Assembly: GCA_965212015.1 (NCBI GenBank)
Contig: OZ243037.1
Coordinates: forward strand, 640,001 to 704,000
Source: Cenarchaeum sp.
Lineage (GTDB): Archaea > Thermoproteota > Nitrososphaeria > Nitrososphaerales > Nitrosopumilaceae
Direction of reading: 5' to 3'
DNA length: 64,000 bases
In this document: positions 38,807 to 49,408 of the stretch, one piece after another
How positions within the stretch are numbered: position 1 is the first letter of the stretch
Layout: each line of letters begins with the position of its first letter
Program-made: the position numbers and the translations under genes
The notes under the pieces: generated by a model
Seen by the model: the letters and a program-made list of their open reading frames with translations, nothing else
Database searches by the model: none
Told to the model about the DNA's origin: nothing

Positions 38807-39451
38807 CTAGGTATAGACCTTGCGCCTTTTCATAATGTCGTCTTTAAGATTGTCTGGCAGATCCGGCAGGCTGTCCTTTGTCTTTCCGGCCATCACGTCG
38901 TGCGCCTCCTCCAGGATGGCCATGGTCTCCGCATTGGCGTTCTCGCCGATGCTCATGTCCCGTCCTGCTACTGCCGAACTTGAAAGGACGTCCTCGAGCA
39001 TCTTTGATAGGTCCTGCATCGAGGCGTTTGCGTCTGGCACCAGCCCGCCAATGGAGGTGTTCAGTCCCTTGATTACCGACATGCACGGGCTGAGCGTCAC
39101 CACCACGTCGCCCAGATCCGAGATTGTGTTTAGCCTGTGTTGAATCTGCTCCATGGACAGCTTTGTGTTTTTTACCATGTTGCCCATCTTTCTTATCTCT
39201 TGTAGCTCGATTGCGTATGCCTGGGCGCACGCCACATTGTTTGATTTCTGGGCGTCCACTATCTTGCTGAATATCATGTCGTTTCGCTGCTGCAGCCTCT
39301 GGTGGATTGACTCCAGTTTTGTAATCTGAGTGTCAAGCTGGCTTTGTGCCAGGTTGATCTTGCTCTTGATGGGTGCGTCTGGCTTTATCCTGTCTAGCAC
39401 CTTTTGCGACAAGTTTGGGCCTCCCTTGGAACGGTTCCATTTTCCAATCAA
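38807..39451 (-). CDS. Snf7/ESCRT-III (CdvB-family) protein
   Basis: AYAIELQEIRK, LGDVVVTLSP, AILEEA coiled-coil motifs. Confidence 0.85.
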   Translation of the reverse strand: MIGKWNRSKGGPNLSQKVLDRIKPDAPIKSKINLAQSQLDTQITKLESIHQRLQQRNDMIFSKIVDAQKSNNVACAQAYAIELQEIRKMGNMVKNTKLSMEQIQHRLNTISDLGDVVVTLSPCMSVIKGLNTSIGGLVPDANASMQDLSKMLEDVLSSSAVAGRDMSIGENANAETMAILEEAHDVMAGKTKDSLPDLPDNLKDDIMKRRKVYT

Positions 39452-39550
39452 CCCTGTTTGGTGCTGAAAAATGGTTTTAAACCATACTGTAACTGCCGCC
39501 TGTGTGACCCCGGTTACACCACCGTACGGTTACACCGCCATACGGTTACA

Positions 39551-40657
39551 CTAGCCGAAAGTAAAGGTGAATATCTCAAAGCCCGGCTCGTCTGCCCTGA
39601 TCACAAGGGTGTGCACGCCAGGCTCTTCGCTGCTCACCAAATTGTACAAGTCGTGCTCGCCTATCTGTACGATGCCGTCTGGCGCAATGCTTGTGCCTGC
39701 ATGCGGCTGCGCTATCGGCTCCCCGTCTAGCAGGACTGCCAGCTCTGCGGGGTTTCCGGCCACAATGTTTACCTGTTTTGCGTAATAGTGCAGGACTATC
39801 GTGCCGGACTCGGATATCAGCTCCATTCCGTCCTCCAGGTTCCTCCACGTGCCGTCAAGGTAGAAATAGTGCACCTCCTGGCCCTCCGGAATCGAGTATG
39901 TGACCTCCCTTTCTGGCCTAAACCCCTCGTCGTTGCCAAGGCGATCCCGGCCCGCTGCAAACTTGTATCCAAAGTAAAGCTCCGGCGTCAAAAACGACGT
40001 GTGCTGGAACTCGTCGATGTTTACCAGCTCTTCTGCGGAGGCGACCTGCATTCCAATGCTGTCGGCCCTCTCTTTGAGGAGCTTTTGTATCACGCCCTCG
40101 GTCTCCTTGTACGCACCCTCGCCGATGTGATCATACCGGATATAGCCCTCGTGGTCTGCAATGTATTTTCTAGGCCAGTACCTGTTCTCAAAGGCCTTCC
40201 ACGTCTCCTTGTCGTTGTCAAGTATCACGGGGTACGCGATTCCGTTCTTTTCCACTGCAAACTTTACATTCTCAACGTTCTTTTCAAACTCAAACTCCGG
40301 CGAGTGGATTCCAACGATTAGCAGCCCGTCGTCGGCGTACTTGTCGTCCCACGCAGTAATGTACGGCAGGGTCCTGATGCAGTTGATGCACGAGTACGTC
40401 CAAATGTCGTACAGTATTACCTTGCCCTCCATCTGCTCTCTGAGCTCCTCCGGGGTGGTGTTGATATAGTCGGCGATCCCGACTAGCTCCGGTGCTACCT
40501 TGAAGCCGGACTTGTCCACGTCTGCCGCCGGCACGGAATCTGCGGTGTCTGCCGGCTCGATTTCTGTCTCCAGCATGGAGAGGCCGATGCTGATTCCCGC
40601 CACCGACGCAAGTATTATCGCGCCAAGATAGATTGCACTTTTGGAGCCGGACTTCAT
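39551..40657 (-). CDS. DipZ-like thioredoxin/redoxin
   Basis: WTYSCINC, GIHSPEF, NRYWP, TPELYFG, FTFG. Confidence 0.88.
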   Translation of the reverse strand: MKSGSKSAIYLGAIILASVAGISIGLSMLETEIEPADTADSVPAADVDKSGFKVAPELVGIADYINTTPEELREQMEGKVILYDIWTYSCINCIRTLPYITAWDDKYADDGLLIVGIHSPEFEFEKNVENVKFAVEKNGIAYPVILDNDKETWKAFENRYWPRKYIADHEGYIRYDHIGEGAYKETEGVIQKLLKERADSIGMQVASAEELVNIDEFQHTSFLTPELYFGYKFAAGRDRLGNDEGFRPEREVTYSIPEGQEVHYFYLDGTWRNLEDGMELISESGTIVLHYYAKQVNIVAGNPAELAVLLDGEPIAQPHAGTSIAPDGIVQIGEHDLYNLVSSEEPGVHTLVIRADEPGFEIFTFTFG

Positions 40658-40661
40658 GTCT

Positions 40662-41396
40662 CTATCCTAGCAGCACCAGCTCATTTAAGAGCGGAAAGTT
40701 TGCGATATATGCAAGCTGGTTTGTAAAGACGAGTATTCCCAGGACTATGATCAGTCCACCGAGTATGACAGAATAGTATTTCAAATGCCTGCTCATCGCA
40801 CGTATGACCCTGGTGGCCCGGGAAAAGAACACGCCCATCAGGATAAACGGTATTCCGAGGCCCAGTGAGTATACAAGCAGGAGGTTAAACGCCATTGCCG
40901 GAGTCGTTGCAGCAAGGGTGAGAATCGTGCCAAGGACGGGTCCCACGCACGGGGTCCATCCCGCCGCAAAGGCGAGTCCGAACAGAAACGACAGGGGATA
41001 GCTGGCCTTGTCCCTCTTTGGAAAGAACTTTTTCTCCATGTTTAGTGATTTGAATCTGGCAGAGAGCATCAAAAACGCGCCAAAGGCTATGATTATCACC
41101 CCGCCCACCTGGCTAAAGCTGTCAATAAAGTCCGATGCGGAGCCGGCCAAAACGCTGTTGATTACCACCCCAATGGTGGAGAATACCACCGAAAAGCCCA
41201 GCACAAAGAACACGGTGTTTAGGATTACGTTTGTCCTGTTTACGGTGACCGTGTTGCCGCCGGATTTCTGGCTTAGCTCAGTCACCGTGGTGCCCGAGAT
41301 ATATGCAAGAAAGGCGGGAATCATGGGCAGTATGCATGGGGCCACAAATGAGCTCAGCCCTGCAAGTGCCGCAATGGCAAGCGTGATTTCCGCCAT
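40662..41396 (-). CDS. ccdA: Cytochrome c biogenesis CcdA family protein
   Basis: SFVAPCILP, GWTPCVGP. Confidence 0.9.
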   Translation of the reverse strand: MAEITLAIAALAGLSSFVAPCILPMIPAFLAYISGTTVTELSQKSGGNTVTVNRTNVILNTVFFVLGFSVVFSTIGVVINSVLAGSASDFIDSFSQVGGVIIIAFGAFLMLSARFKSLNMEKKFFPKRDKASYPLSFLFGLAFAAGWTPCVGPVLGTILTLAATTPAMAFNLLLVYSLGLGIPFILMGVFFSRATRVIRAMSRHLKYYSVILGGLIIVLGILVFTNQLAYIANFPLLNELVLLG

Positions 41397-41490
41397 GTGG
41401 TTTTGAGCCGTATTTTTACTTTAAAGCCTTACTCCATATCTTTACCATATTTCCAATTGCTTTTTATCATGGCATTTTTCCAGTTTTGGC

Positions 41491-41592
41491 ATGAACATAC
41501 GCTTTATCGTGGTGGGAATAGGGCTCGGAATCATAGTCACAGTCGCCTTTGTGGTCGGCTCGCCCCTGTTTTTAGGCTTTGACGTGCGCTAG
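41491..41592 (+). CDS. Small single-pass membrane peptide (33 aa, not in ORF track)
   Basis: MNIRFIVVGIGLGIIVTVAFVVGSPLFLGFDVR; TTTTTATC ~30 bp upstream; stop abuts bioF stop. Confidence 0.5.
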   Translation: MNIRFIVVGIGLGIIVTVAFVVGSPLFLGFDVR

Positions 41593-42723
41593 TCAGATTA
41601 TCCGGAATTTTTTGCCCGCACTCTCAAATGCCCCGAGCGCGCACTCGATATTATCCGGGCCAAGCCACGCAGTCACCGAGAGCCTGATTCTTGCCGTGCC
41701 CCTCGGCACCGTGGGATACCTGATGGGCTGTGCAAACACGCCGTTTTTTAGCAGCTCCCCGCCAAAATCCACGGCCCTTTTCTCGTCGCCTATCACAACG
41801 GGGATTATGTGCGTCTTTGAGCTAATCTCGTATCCCAGCTTGCGCAGTCCGCCAGAGACGCGCCTGACGTTTGCGGCAAGCGCCCTTCTTTTCTTCTCCC
41901 TGTCATGATCGAATCTTTTTGAGGCGTGCCTTATGAGGAGCGAGGGCAGGGCGGAGGTATAGATGAATGCCTTTGACTTGTTTGTGCAGAACTCTATTGC
42001 GTCCCTGCTTGATGCCACATACCCCCCAAACGATCCCAGTGCCTTGCTTAGGCTGCTAATGTACACATCTATCTGCCTTGCCACCCCCAGGTGGCTTGCA
42101 GTCCCCCTTCCGTCGCGCCCCACCGCAAAGTCCCCGTGTGCGTCATCAAGTACCAGTATTGCGCCTGCCTGCCGCGCAAGCTCTGCAATGCGCCTCAGAT
42201 CCGCAAAATCCCCGTCCATGCTAAAGACCCCCTCAGTTATGATGAACTTTCTTTGCCGCCTTTGCGCAAGCTTTGCCCCGAGATCGTCCATGTCGTTGTG
42301 TCTGTAGACTGAGATTTTCGCCCCCGACAGCCTGCACGCCTCGATGATGCTTGCATGGTTTAGCGAGTCCGAAAGCACGAGATCCCCGCCCCGGACTATC
42401 GAGGATATCGCCCCAAGATTCGCCATATAGCCGGTGGGGTATACCAGCGAGGCCTGCTGGGACTTGTGCCTTGCAAGTTTTTTTTCAAGATAATAGTACG
42501 AGGCATCATTGCCCGATACGAGCCGCGAGCTTGACTGCATCTGTCCTGCCGCCACCCTCTGGGGCGGAATTCCCAGATAGTCGTTTGAGCACAGGTTCAG
42601 GTATCTTTTGCCGCCAATTACAATGTGCGCGCCTGCGACAGTACCAAGGCGCATGCGCCTGTACAGGCCGTCCTTTTTGATCCCGTCCATCTCTGAGGCG
42701 AGAAACCCAAGCTTATGCGTCAA
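41593..42723 (-). CDS. bioF: 8-amino-7-oxononanoate synthase
   Basis: SNDYLG, EGVFSMDGD, DDAH, SLSKALG. Confidence 0.9.
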   Translation of the reverse strand: MTHKLGFLASEMDGIKKDGLYRRMRLGTVAGAHIVIGGKRYLNLCSNDYLGIPPQRVAAGQMQSSSRLVSGNDASYYYLEKKLARHKSQQASLVYPTGYMANLGAISSIVRGGDLVLSDSLNHASIIEACRLSGAKISVYRHNDMDDLGAKLAQRRQRKFIITEGVFSMDGDFADLRRIAELARQAGAILVLDDAHGDFAVGRDGRGTASHLGVARQIDVYISSLSKALGSFGGYVASSRDAIEFCTNKSKAFIYTSALPSLLIRHASKRFDHDREKKRRALAANVRRVSGGLRKLGYEISSKTHIIPVVIGDEKRAVDFGGELLKNGVFAQPIRYPTVPRGTARIRLSVTAWLGPDNIECALGAFESAGKKFRII

Positions 42724-43690
42724 GTCCGATACTTTTTATCATTGCAATGTCCCTTGCTGCGTCGTTTCCCCCCAGCGTAAGGTATCCGGCAGTTATTATC
42801 CCGTTTGCGCCGCTTTGCAGCAGTGCCTCCCCGTCGTCTGCAAGTCCGGTCTCCCGTCCGCCTGAGATCTTGATTATCGCATCAGGCAGCATAAAGCGCA
42901 GCAGCGCAAACATGCGGATGATCTCATTCTCCGGGATGGGCGACTGCAGCTGCAGCGGCGTTCCTTCGACTGGAACCAGTATGTTTATCGTGACCTCCTC
43001 TGGCATTATTGATGCGAGCTCTTGTGCAAGCTCTAGTCTCTGCTGGCGCGTCTCGCCCATGCCGATAATCCCGCCCGTGCAGAGCTCAAGGCCGGCATCC
43101 CTTGCAATCCTCAGCGTTTTGAGCCTGTCGTCATACGAGTGTGTAGTGCATATCTCGGGAAACTTGGACCTTGACGTCTCTAGGTTGTGGTTGTACCTCC
43201 GGACACCCAGGCCCTTTAGCCTTTTTGCCTGCCCGGGGGTCAGAAATCCCAAGCTGCACTCTATGGTTATTCCGACCTCGTCGTTTATCCTCCGGATTAT
43301 CTCGCAGACTTTGTCAAAGTCGTCGCGTGACGGCTGGCGCCACGCCGCGACCAAACAGTATGATTCCGCATTCTCGTCCTTTGCCTTTTGCGCCTGCGAT
43401 ACGACCTGCTGCGGGTCGGGCAGCGAATACGTCCCTATCGCCGTGTCGTAAAGTGCAGACTGGCCGCAAAACGTACAGTCCTCGCTGCAGGCGTTCTTTT
43501 TTATGTTGTTTAGCTGCTCGACGTCTATTTTTGTGCCGTTGAATTTTTTTGTAATCTCGTTTGCGGCACGCGCCAGCGCGCGCATGTCTGCATTATCCGT
43601 ATTGATGATTCTTGCCGCATCCTCAGCGGAGACTGCCGTCTTTGCAAGGACGCCGTCTTTGCACCCGTCAATAAAACGGCCATAGTCCAT
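42713..43690 (-). CDS. bioB: Biotin synthase
   Basis: CSEDCTFC radical SAM, YNHNLETS, GGIIGMGE; ATG at 43690. Confidence 0.93.
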   Translation of the reverse strand: MDYGRFIDGCKDGVLAKTAVSAEDAARIINTDNADMRALARAANEITKKFNGTKIDVEQLNNIKKNACSEDCTFCGQSALYDTAIGTYSLPDPQQVVSQAQKAKDENAESYCLVAAWRQPSRDDFDKVCEIIRRINDEVGITIECSLGFLTPGQAKRLKGLGVRRYNHNLETSRSKFPEICTTHSYDDRLKTLRIARDAGLELCTGGIIGMGETRQQRLELAQELASIMPEEVTINILVPVEGTPLQLQSPIPENEIIRMFALLRFMLPDAIIKISGGRETGLADDGEALLQSGANGIITAGYLTLGGNDAARDIAMIKSIGLDA

Positions 43691-43767
43691 GACTGGCCTT
43701 GGGGGAATTCGTCTAAATAAGGATAGCTGAATGGTTAACCATATAGTGTAATTACGGTTAACACAAA

Positions 43768-45087
43768 TCACAGCTCGTCTCTGACCTGGTTTATCGTCTT
43801 GATGGCGCCCTCGATGAGGTCCTTCAGGTGCGTTTCGGGCATGGCAAGCGGCGGAACAAGCATGAGTATGTTTCCCAGCGTGCGCAGATAGATTCCGTGC
43901 CTTTTGCCTGCCTCAAAGACTGTCTTGTTGACCGATTCCCGGGGCGATATCGGAGTCATTTTTTTCCTGTCCCGGACCAGCTCGATTCCCATCAGCATCC
44001 CCTTGTGCCTGACGTCGCCTACAAGCTCCAGGCCGGATATCTCGTCCAAATACCGCTCAAAAATCCCCGATGATTTTTTTATCCCCCGAATCAGCCCCGT
44101 CCTCTCGTAGAGTTCCAGGTTTTCATTTGCCACTGCGGCGGCTATCGGGTTTCCAGTATACGTATGGCCGTGAAACAGGTGCCTGTAATCGTGAAATTCC
44201 CCCAGAAACGAGTCATAGATCTTTTTTGTCGCCAGCGTGGCAGACATTGTCAGGTATCCGCCCGTGAGCATTTTGCCGTATGCCACAATGTCGGGGCTGC
44301 TTTTCTGGGCCGCGTATTCTGCCATGGAGCCCAGCCTGCCAAATCCGGTCGCAATCTCGTCGAGCACCAGCAAGACGCCGTATTTTTTGCAGATTTTTGA
44401 GACCCTGCGCTGGAATCCCTCCGGATATATTGCAACCCCGCCTGCAACCTGCGCCCCGCTTTCCATTATCAGCGCCGCAACGGAATCATCGGCTGCGAGT
44501 TTTTTTTCCATCCCCTCCAGGCATTCGTCCAGGTGCCGCGCCGTGGCGGCGCCCACAGGCTGCATGTATCTGTCGGGGGCATCAAAGCGCACCGTAGGAA
44601 ACAGATACGGCCCGAATCCTGAAAAAAACTCTGGAATATACCCTACTGACATGGCGCCAAACGTGTCGCCGTGGTATCCGTTTTTTAGCGACGCGATTTT
44701 TTTCTTGTTTTTAACGCCGGTGTTTGTCCAGTACTGCAAGGCGATCTTTATCGCAATCTCTACTGCCGTGGATCCGTTGTCTGAAAAAAACACGCGGTGC
44801 ATGCCGGGGGACATTTTGACTAGCTTTTCTGCCAGTATTTCTGCCGGCTCGTTTGTCAGGTTGAACATTGGCGAATGCTGGAGCTTTCTTGCCTGGGCGT
44901 GCATGGCCGAGATCAGCTCCTGCCTCGAGTGGCCCCATACGTTACACCACATCGATGCCACGCCGTCAAGCAGCCTGCGGCCGTTTTTGTCAATCAGAAA
45001 CATGCCTTCTGCCCTTACGATCTCATCAAAGCTGCGCCATTCCTTCATCTGGGTGTTGGGATGCCATACGACACTGTTGCCTGTCAA
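43768..45087 (-). CDS. bioA: Adenosylmethionine-8-amino-7-oxononanoate aminotransferase
   Basis: VWHPNTQM, GYHGDT, DEIATGFGR, GKMLTGG, HGHTYTGN. Confidence 0.93.
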   Translation of the reverse strand: MTGNSVVWHPNTQMKEWRSFDEIVRAEGMFLIDKNGRRLLDGVASMWCNVWGHSRQELISAMHAQARKLQHSPMFNLTNEPAEILAEKLVKMSPGMHRVFFSDNGSTAVEIAIKIALQYWTNTGVKNKKKIASLKNGYHGDTFGAMSVGYIPEFFSGFGPYLFPTVRFDAPDRYMQPVGAATARHLDECLEGMEKKLAADDSVAALIMESGAQVAGGVAIYPEGFQRRVSKICKKYGVLLVLDEIATGFGRLGSMAEYAAQKSSPDIVAYGKMLTGGYLTMSATLATKKIYDSFLGEFHDYRHLFHGHTYTGNPIAAAVANENLELYERTGLIRGIKKSSGIFERYLDEISGLELVGDVRHKGMLMGIELVRDRKKMTPISPRESVNKTVFEAGKRHGIYLRTLGNILMLVPPLAMPETHLKDLIEGAIKTINQVRDEL

Positions 45088-45246
45088 TCCTCACCGATAC
45101 CCCCTCGCCATATCTTAATAATCCATCCCCGGGCAGGGGGGGCCCGTCAGGCTCGCATCGTGCCAAACGCATCCGCACCGCCCCCCTCCGGATCAAAAAC
45201 CCGCCAAAAAATTACACATAAATCAAAGAGGGATTTCACAGTCCTT

Positions 45247-46377
45247 GTGAAAATTACCGTTTCTGTAATCAAGGCCGACGTGGGGGGCATCGGGGGGCAC
45301 ACGAGGCCCAGCGACGCACTCATCGATGCCGTGCGCAAGAAAGTCGAGTCCGGCGGCATGCTAATAGACCACTATATAGGATACTGCGGGGACGACGTGC
45401 ACATTGTCATGACGCACAGGGGCGGAGTCGACAACAGGGACGTGCACAAGCTTGCCTGGGACGCGTTCATGGCAGGCACGCAGGTGGCCCGGGACGAGGG
45501 GCTTTACGGCGCAGGCCAGGACCTGCTCAAGGACTCTTTTTCTGGAAACGTAAAGGGCATGGGGCCCGGCGTGGCCGAGATGGAGTTCGAGGAGAGGCAA
45601 AACGAGGCCTTTACCGTGTTTGCAGCAGACAAGACCGAGCCTGGCGCGTTTAACTATCCCCTTTACAGGCTGTTCGTCGACGGCCTGAGCAACACCGGTC
45701 TGATCGTAAACAAGCACCTTGCAGGGGGCGTGGTCATCAACGTGATGGACGTAGAAAAGGCGAAAATCGCAAGGCTGGTACTGTGGGAGGACAAGCCCAC
45801 CGTAGAGGCTGCGCTGATGTATCCTGGCAGGTACGTGGTGGCGTCAGTCGAGACCAAGGACGGCGAGCCCATAGTGTCCGCATCCACTGACAGGCTGCAC
45901 AACATTGCGGGAACCTATGTGGGAAAGGACGATCCCGTCTGCCTGATAAGGACGCAAAAGAAATTCCCCGCGACAGAGGAGGCCGGCAGCGTCTTTAACA
46001 ATCCGCACTATGTGGCAGGCAATACGCGCGGAAGCCACAACATGCCGCTGATGCCAGTAAAGCTCAACTCTGCTGCAACGATTAACTTTTGCATACCCAT
46101 CGTAGAGTCGCTCGTCTTTAGCATGCATGGCGGAAAGCTTACGGGGCCGTTTGACGGATTCTCGACTCCCGACTGGGACCACATCAGGGAGATTGCCACA
46201 AAAAAGGCCATGGCCATGAGAAGCCAGGGGTTCATACACCCCGCCACCCTGGTGCCAGACGAGCTGGAATATGCCGAGGGGTACAGGGCCAGAATGGACG
46301 TGCTGGAGAAAAAAATGTCGCCCCTTGATCAGGACGCCCCGTCTGGCGCAAGAAAATCATACGAGGATCCAGACTAG
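45247..46377 (+). CDS. fbp: Fructose-1,6-bisphosphate aldolase/phosphatase (class V)
   Basis: KADVGGIGGH, GLYGAGQDLL, YVGKDDP, GNTRGSH; GTG start at 45247. Confidence 0.95.
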   Translation: MKITVSVIKADVGGIGGHTRPSDALIDAVRKKVESGGMLIDHYIGYCGDDVHIVMTHRGGVDNRDVHKLAWDAFMAGTQVARDEGLYGAGQDLLKDSFSGNVKGMGPGVAEMEFEERQNEAFTVFAADKTEPGAFNYPLYRLFVDGLSNTGLIVNKHLAGGVVINVMDVEKAKIARLVLWEDKPTVEAALMYPGRYVVASVETKDGEPIVSASTDRLHNIAGTYVGKDDPVCLIRTQKKFPATEEAGSVFNNPHYVAGNTRGSHNMPLMPVKLNSAATINFCIPIVESLVFSMHGGKLTGPFDGFSTPDWDHIREIATKKAMAMRSQGFIHPATLVPDELEYAEGYRARMDVLEKKMSPLDQDAPSGARKSYEDPD

Positions 46378-46417
46378 TCTGAGAGAATTTTTATAGCAAG
46401 AAAAGTCTCCCGCAGTC

Positions 46418-46765
46418 ATGCAGTATTTTTCGGCGCTAAAGCTGGGGCAAAAGAGGGTGGCAGCTGCGCGCCAGTACCTGGACAAGCTTACAAACGGAAA
46501 GGCAATGCCCGCACTGGCCCTCAAGGACACAAAATCCAAGGACTGGGAGCCAGTCGGCGAGGAGATCCTGTATGCGTTTGTAGACGAGTCATCCGGCTTT
46601 GTGCTGACTGACTCTAGCGGGTACATTCTTTCTCTAGTAGACGGCGACGGGCTATCCAAGGCGCTAGTACAGGGTGTGACAGCAGGGCAAAAGGAGGTCC
46701 TGCTCAAATCCCTAGAGTCCGACGGCATTCCAAAGTTCCAGGGAAAGGTAGTCCTGCCGGTCTGA
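46418..46765 (+). CDS. Conserved hypothetical protein
   Basis: 115 aa ATG ORF with TTTATA upstream. Confidence 0.7.
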   Translation: MQYFSALKLGQKRVAAARQYLDKLTNGKAMPALALKDTKSKDWEPVGEEILYAFVDESSGFVLTDSSGYILSLVDGDGLSKALVQGVTAGQKEVLLKSLESDGIPKFQGKVVLPV

Positions 46766-47379
46766 AGGGTTCCTGCTGCGGCGCGGCGCACTGCAGAGTT
46801 TGTACGAGGTCACGTCCTACTGGAACTAGACACGAATTTTGCGTCATGGCTGTCTTTTAGGCGTGACAGGTGACCTCGTACTATCGATTTTATAGCGACG
46901 CTTTTAACGAATTTTTGGATAAAATGGGGGATAAAAAATCAAATATCGTAAAAGAGGCATTGAATAAATTTGTAAAAGGCGAGCTAGATTTGTGACCCAG
47001 AGATTGTCAGCACTATGACGGAAGGGTCAAAATAATGATAGAGGAGGCAAAAGTCGTGGTTTATTTTGATAAAAAAGACGATCGCATAGTTATGATAGAC
47101 GGGAACGAGGTACACGACCGTGCTGCCTAATATGTCCAGAAAACAGCATCATGCCCATTAGAATATTTGAGACGCGGCACTATCGAGAAGACAAAATGTG
47201 ACCACTGCGGCGCTACGTGAATGGGGTTCTTTCCGACGTGCCAGAACAGTACAAAAACGCAGACGATGCGGATCTCAAAAAAACAGTGGCAAGGCTCGAG
47301 AGGGATGGCCGACGGGGTTGCCAGACTGGTGGTGGCACCATACCAAAGTTTTAGATACTGATCAAAACAAGGCATGTGA

Positions 47380-48609
47380 ATGGCCAAATTCTCCCGGGAA
47401 ATCGAAGTCAGCGGGCACCTGATCGACTCTCTTATCCTTACCAAGATATTTGACGGGATAATGGACGTGGGCGGGGAGTTCAAGGTCCTGGAGATCAGCA
47501 TAGGCAAAAAAAAGATGGATTCCAGCCATGCCCGGCTTTTGGTCTGGGGCAGGGACCGGGGCCAACTGAACAAGATTCTGGATCTGGTGTACCGCGAGGG
47601 CGCCACCTCAAAGGTCGACAAAAACGCCAGGATGAGGCCGGCTCCAAGGGACATGGTAATGCCTGACAATTTTTACAGCACCACCAACAACCAGACGCAG
47701 ATATTCCATAATAACAGGTGGATGCGGGTGGAGGACATGATGATGGACAAGTGTATAGTCATGCGTGGCGACAGGGCATGCTGTGTTCCAATCCGGGACG
47801 TACAAAAGGGCGACCATATAGTAACTGGGGAGACCGGGGTAAGGGTGACTCCGCCTTCCAGACCGCGCGAGGGGGTAGACGTCTTTGAGTTTATGGGCGG
47901 CAGCAGCTCAAGTGAGCGGCCGACCGGGCATGTCGCAAAACAGATAGCAAGGGACATTCGCGCGATAAAAAAATCAGGGGGAAAAATCATACTTGTGGGC
48001 GGACCTGCCATCATACACACGGGGGCCGCAGATTCCGTCGCAGAACTGATCAAGGGCGGATACATTCACGGCGTCCTGGCCGGCAACGCCCTGGCGGTGC
48101 ACGACATCGAGTACGCCACTATGGGAACGTCACTTGGCATGAACATCCGCGACGGTACGCTGGCGGTGCGCGGACACCGCAACCACATGGATGCGGTAAA
48201 CGCAGTCTTCAAGGCAGGCTCCATATCGGCGATGGTCAGGACAAAAAAGCTCAAAAAGGGAATCATGTACCAGTGCGTCAGGCAAAAGATCCCCTTTGTC
48301 CTTGCGGGATCCATTCGCGACGACGGACCGCTGCCGGACGTCATAACTGACGTCACCGAGGCCCAAAGGCAGTATAAAAAAATCCTCAAGGGTGCGAAAA
48401 TGGTAATGATGGTCTCCACCATGCTGCATTCAATTGCCACAGGAAACATGCTTCCCGCCGACGTCAAGGTGGTAGTGGTGGACATCAACCAGCCCACGGT
48501 GACAAAGCTGATGGATCGTGGAACCTGGCAGGCATTGGGAGTGGTCTCAGACGTGGGCGCCTTTTTGCCGCTGGTAAGCAGAGAGGTAAAAAGGCTGGAT
48601 CGTGCGTGA
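47380..48609 (+). CDS. TIGR00300 / LOR-SDH-like (ornithine cyclodeaminase-related) protein
   Basis: GHLIDS, FYSTTN, GNALAVHDIE, LAGSIRDDGPLP. Confidence 0.85.
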   Translation: MAKFSREIEVSGHLIDSLILTKIFDGIMDVGGEFKVLEISIGKKKMDSSHARLLVWGRDRGQLNKILDLVYREGATSKVDKNARMRPAPRDMVMPDNFYSTTNNQTQIFHNNRWMRVEDMMMDKCIVMRGDRACCVPIRDVQKGDHIVTGETGVRVTPPSRPREGVDVFEFMGGSSSSERPTGHVAKQIARDIRAIKKSGGKIILVGGPAIIHTGAADSVAELIKGGYIHGVLAGNALAVHDIEYATMGTSLGMNIRDGTLAVRGHRNHMDAVNAVFKAGSISAMVRTKKLKKGIMYQCVRQKIPFVLAGSIRDDGPLPDVITDVTEAQRQYKKILKGAKMVMMVSTMLHSIATGNMLPADVKVVVVDINQPTVTKLMDRGTWQALGVVSDVGAFLPLVSREVKRLDRA

Positions 48610-48617
48610 GTGCAGTA

Positions 48618-49244
48618 TCAGGCCTTTAGCTGGCCTAGAATCTCTTTGAATTCGCCAAGCCTGTTTGACAGCTCGGAGATTCCCGCAAGGACTATTTGTT
48701 CGGGAGGCACCGCTCCTGTGGACTCGACAGTCAGAATTCGCTCGTCTGCCTTGTCGGTCTTTACAAGCACGGCAATGTTAGACGAGTTCCATTTTGCGTG
48801 CTCCAGCCCCCTGCCCAGCCTTGCATACGCCTCCACCTTGACTCTCTGGTCAGGTACCAGATCCACTATGGGGATTTTATCAGAGACGGGTTTTACAAAG
48901 CTGTCCTCCGAGCTCAGCTCGTTTGAAAACACGGTGCGAGTCTCTGTAACGTCGCCTGAGTCCAGGGTCAGCATGACCCTGTTTGTCGAGTCATCCGTAT
49001 TGATGTCCGACAGATCCTTGAATTCGGAAAGGTCGGTCCTCAGGGGTATCAGCCCGAGCCTGTGTGCCAGGCCCTCGTCTGCAAGTACAGACGAATTCTC
49101 GATAATGTCGACTGTATCTATTGCAAACACTGGAATTCCGTTAAGACAAATCCTTCTCAGCGCGTTGGTATACTGGAGGGGAACGCCCTTGATCCTGACG
49201 GATATTCTCTGTTCGTCCTGGCTTAGTACTTCTAAAGAAGGCAA
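48618..49244 (-). CDS. rpoD: DNA-directed RNA polymerase subunit D (Rpo3)
   Basis: NALRR, NSSVLADEGLAHRLGLIP, EHAKW. Confidence 0.93.
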   Translation of the reverse strand: MPSLEVLSQDEQRISVRIKGVPLQYTNALRRICLNGIPVFAIDTVDIIENSSVLADEGLAHRLGLIPLRTDLSEFKDLSDINTDDSTNRVMLTLDSGDVTETRTVFSNELSSEDSFVKPVSDKIPIVDLVPDQRVKVEAYARLGRGLEHAKWNSSNIAVLVKTDKADERILTVESTGAVPPEQIVLAGISELSNRLGEFKEILGQLKA

Positions 49245-49408
49245 ATCCAACTCAAAGGCGCCCAAAATCCACATAAAAATCTAGCTTGCTTTTCTGGGAA
49301 AAAATTCGCGCGCATGCGGCGGATTCGTTATCCTGCCTAGGCCGGCGTCTGCCCGGGGCGTGTCGCCTTTACGTATAGATAAATATCGAGCCCGCACACC
49401 ATGACACC

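Noticed and set aside
44875-45246. Long N-terminal extension of fbp in the ORF track (likewise alaS 60043-60210, bioB, rpl12)
   Set aside because: Extensions overlap neighbouring genes or promoters; conserved N-termini start at later codons
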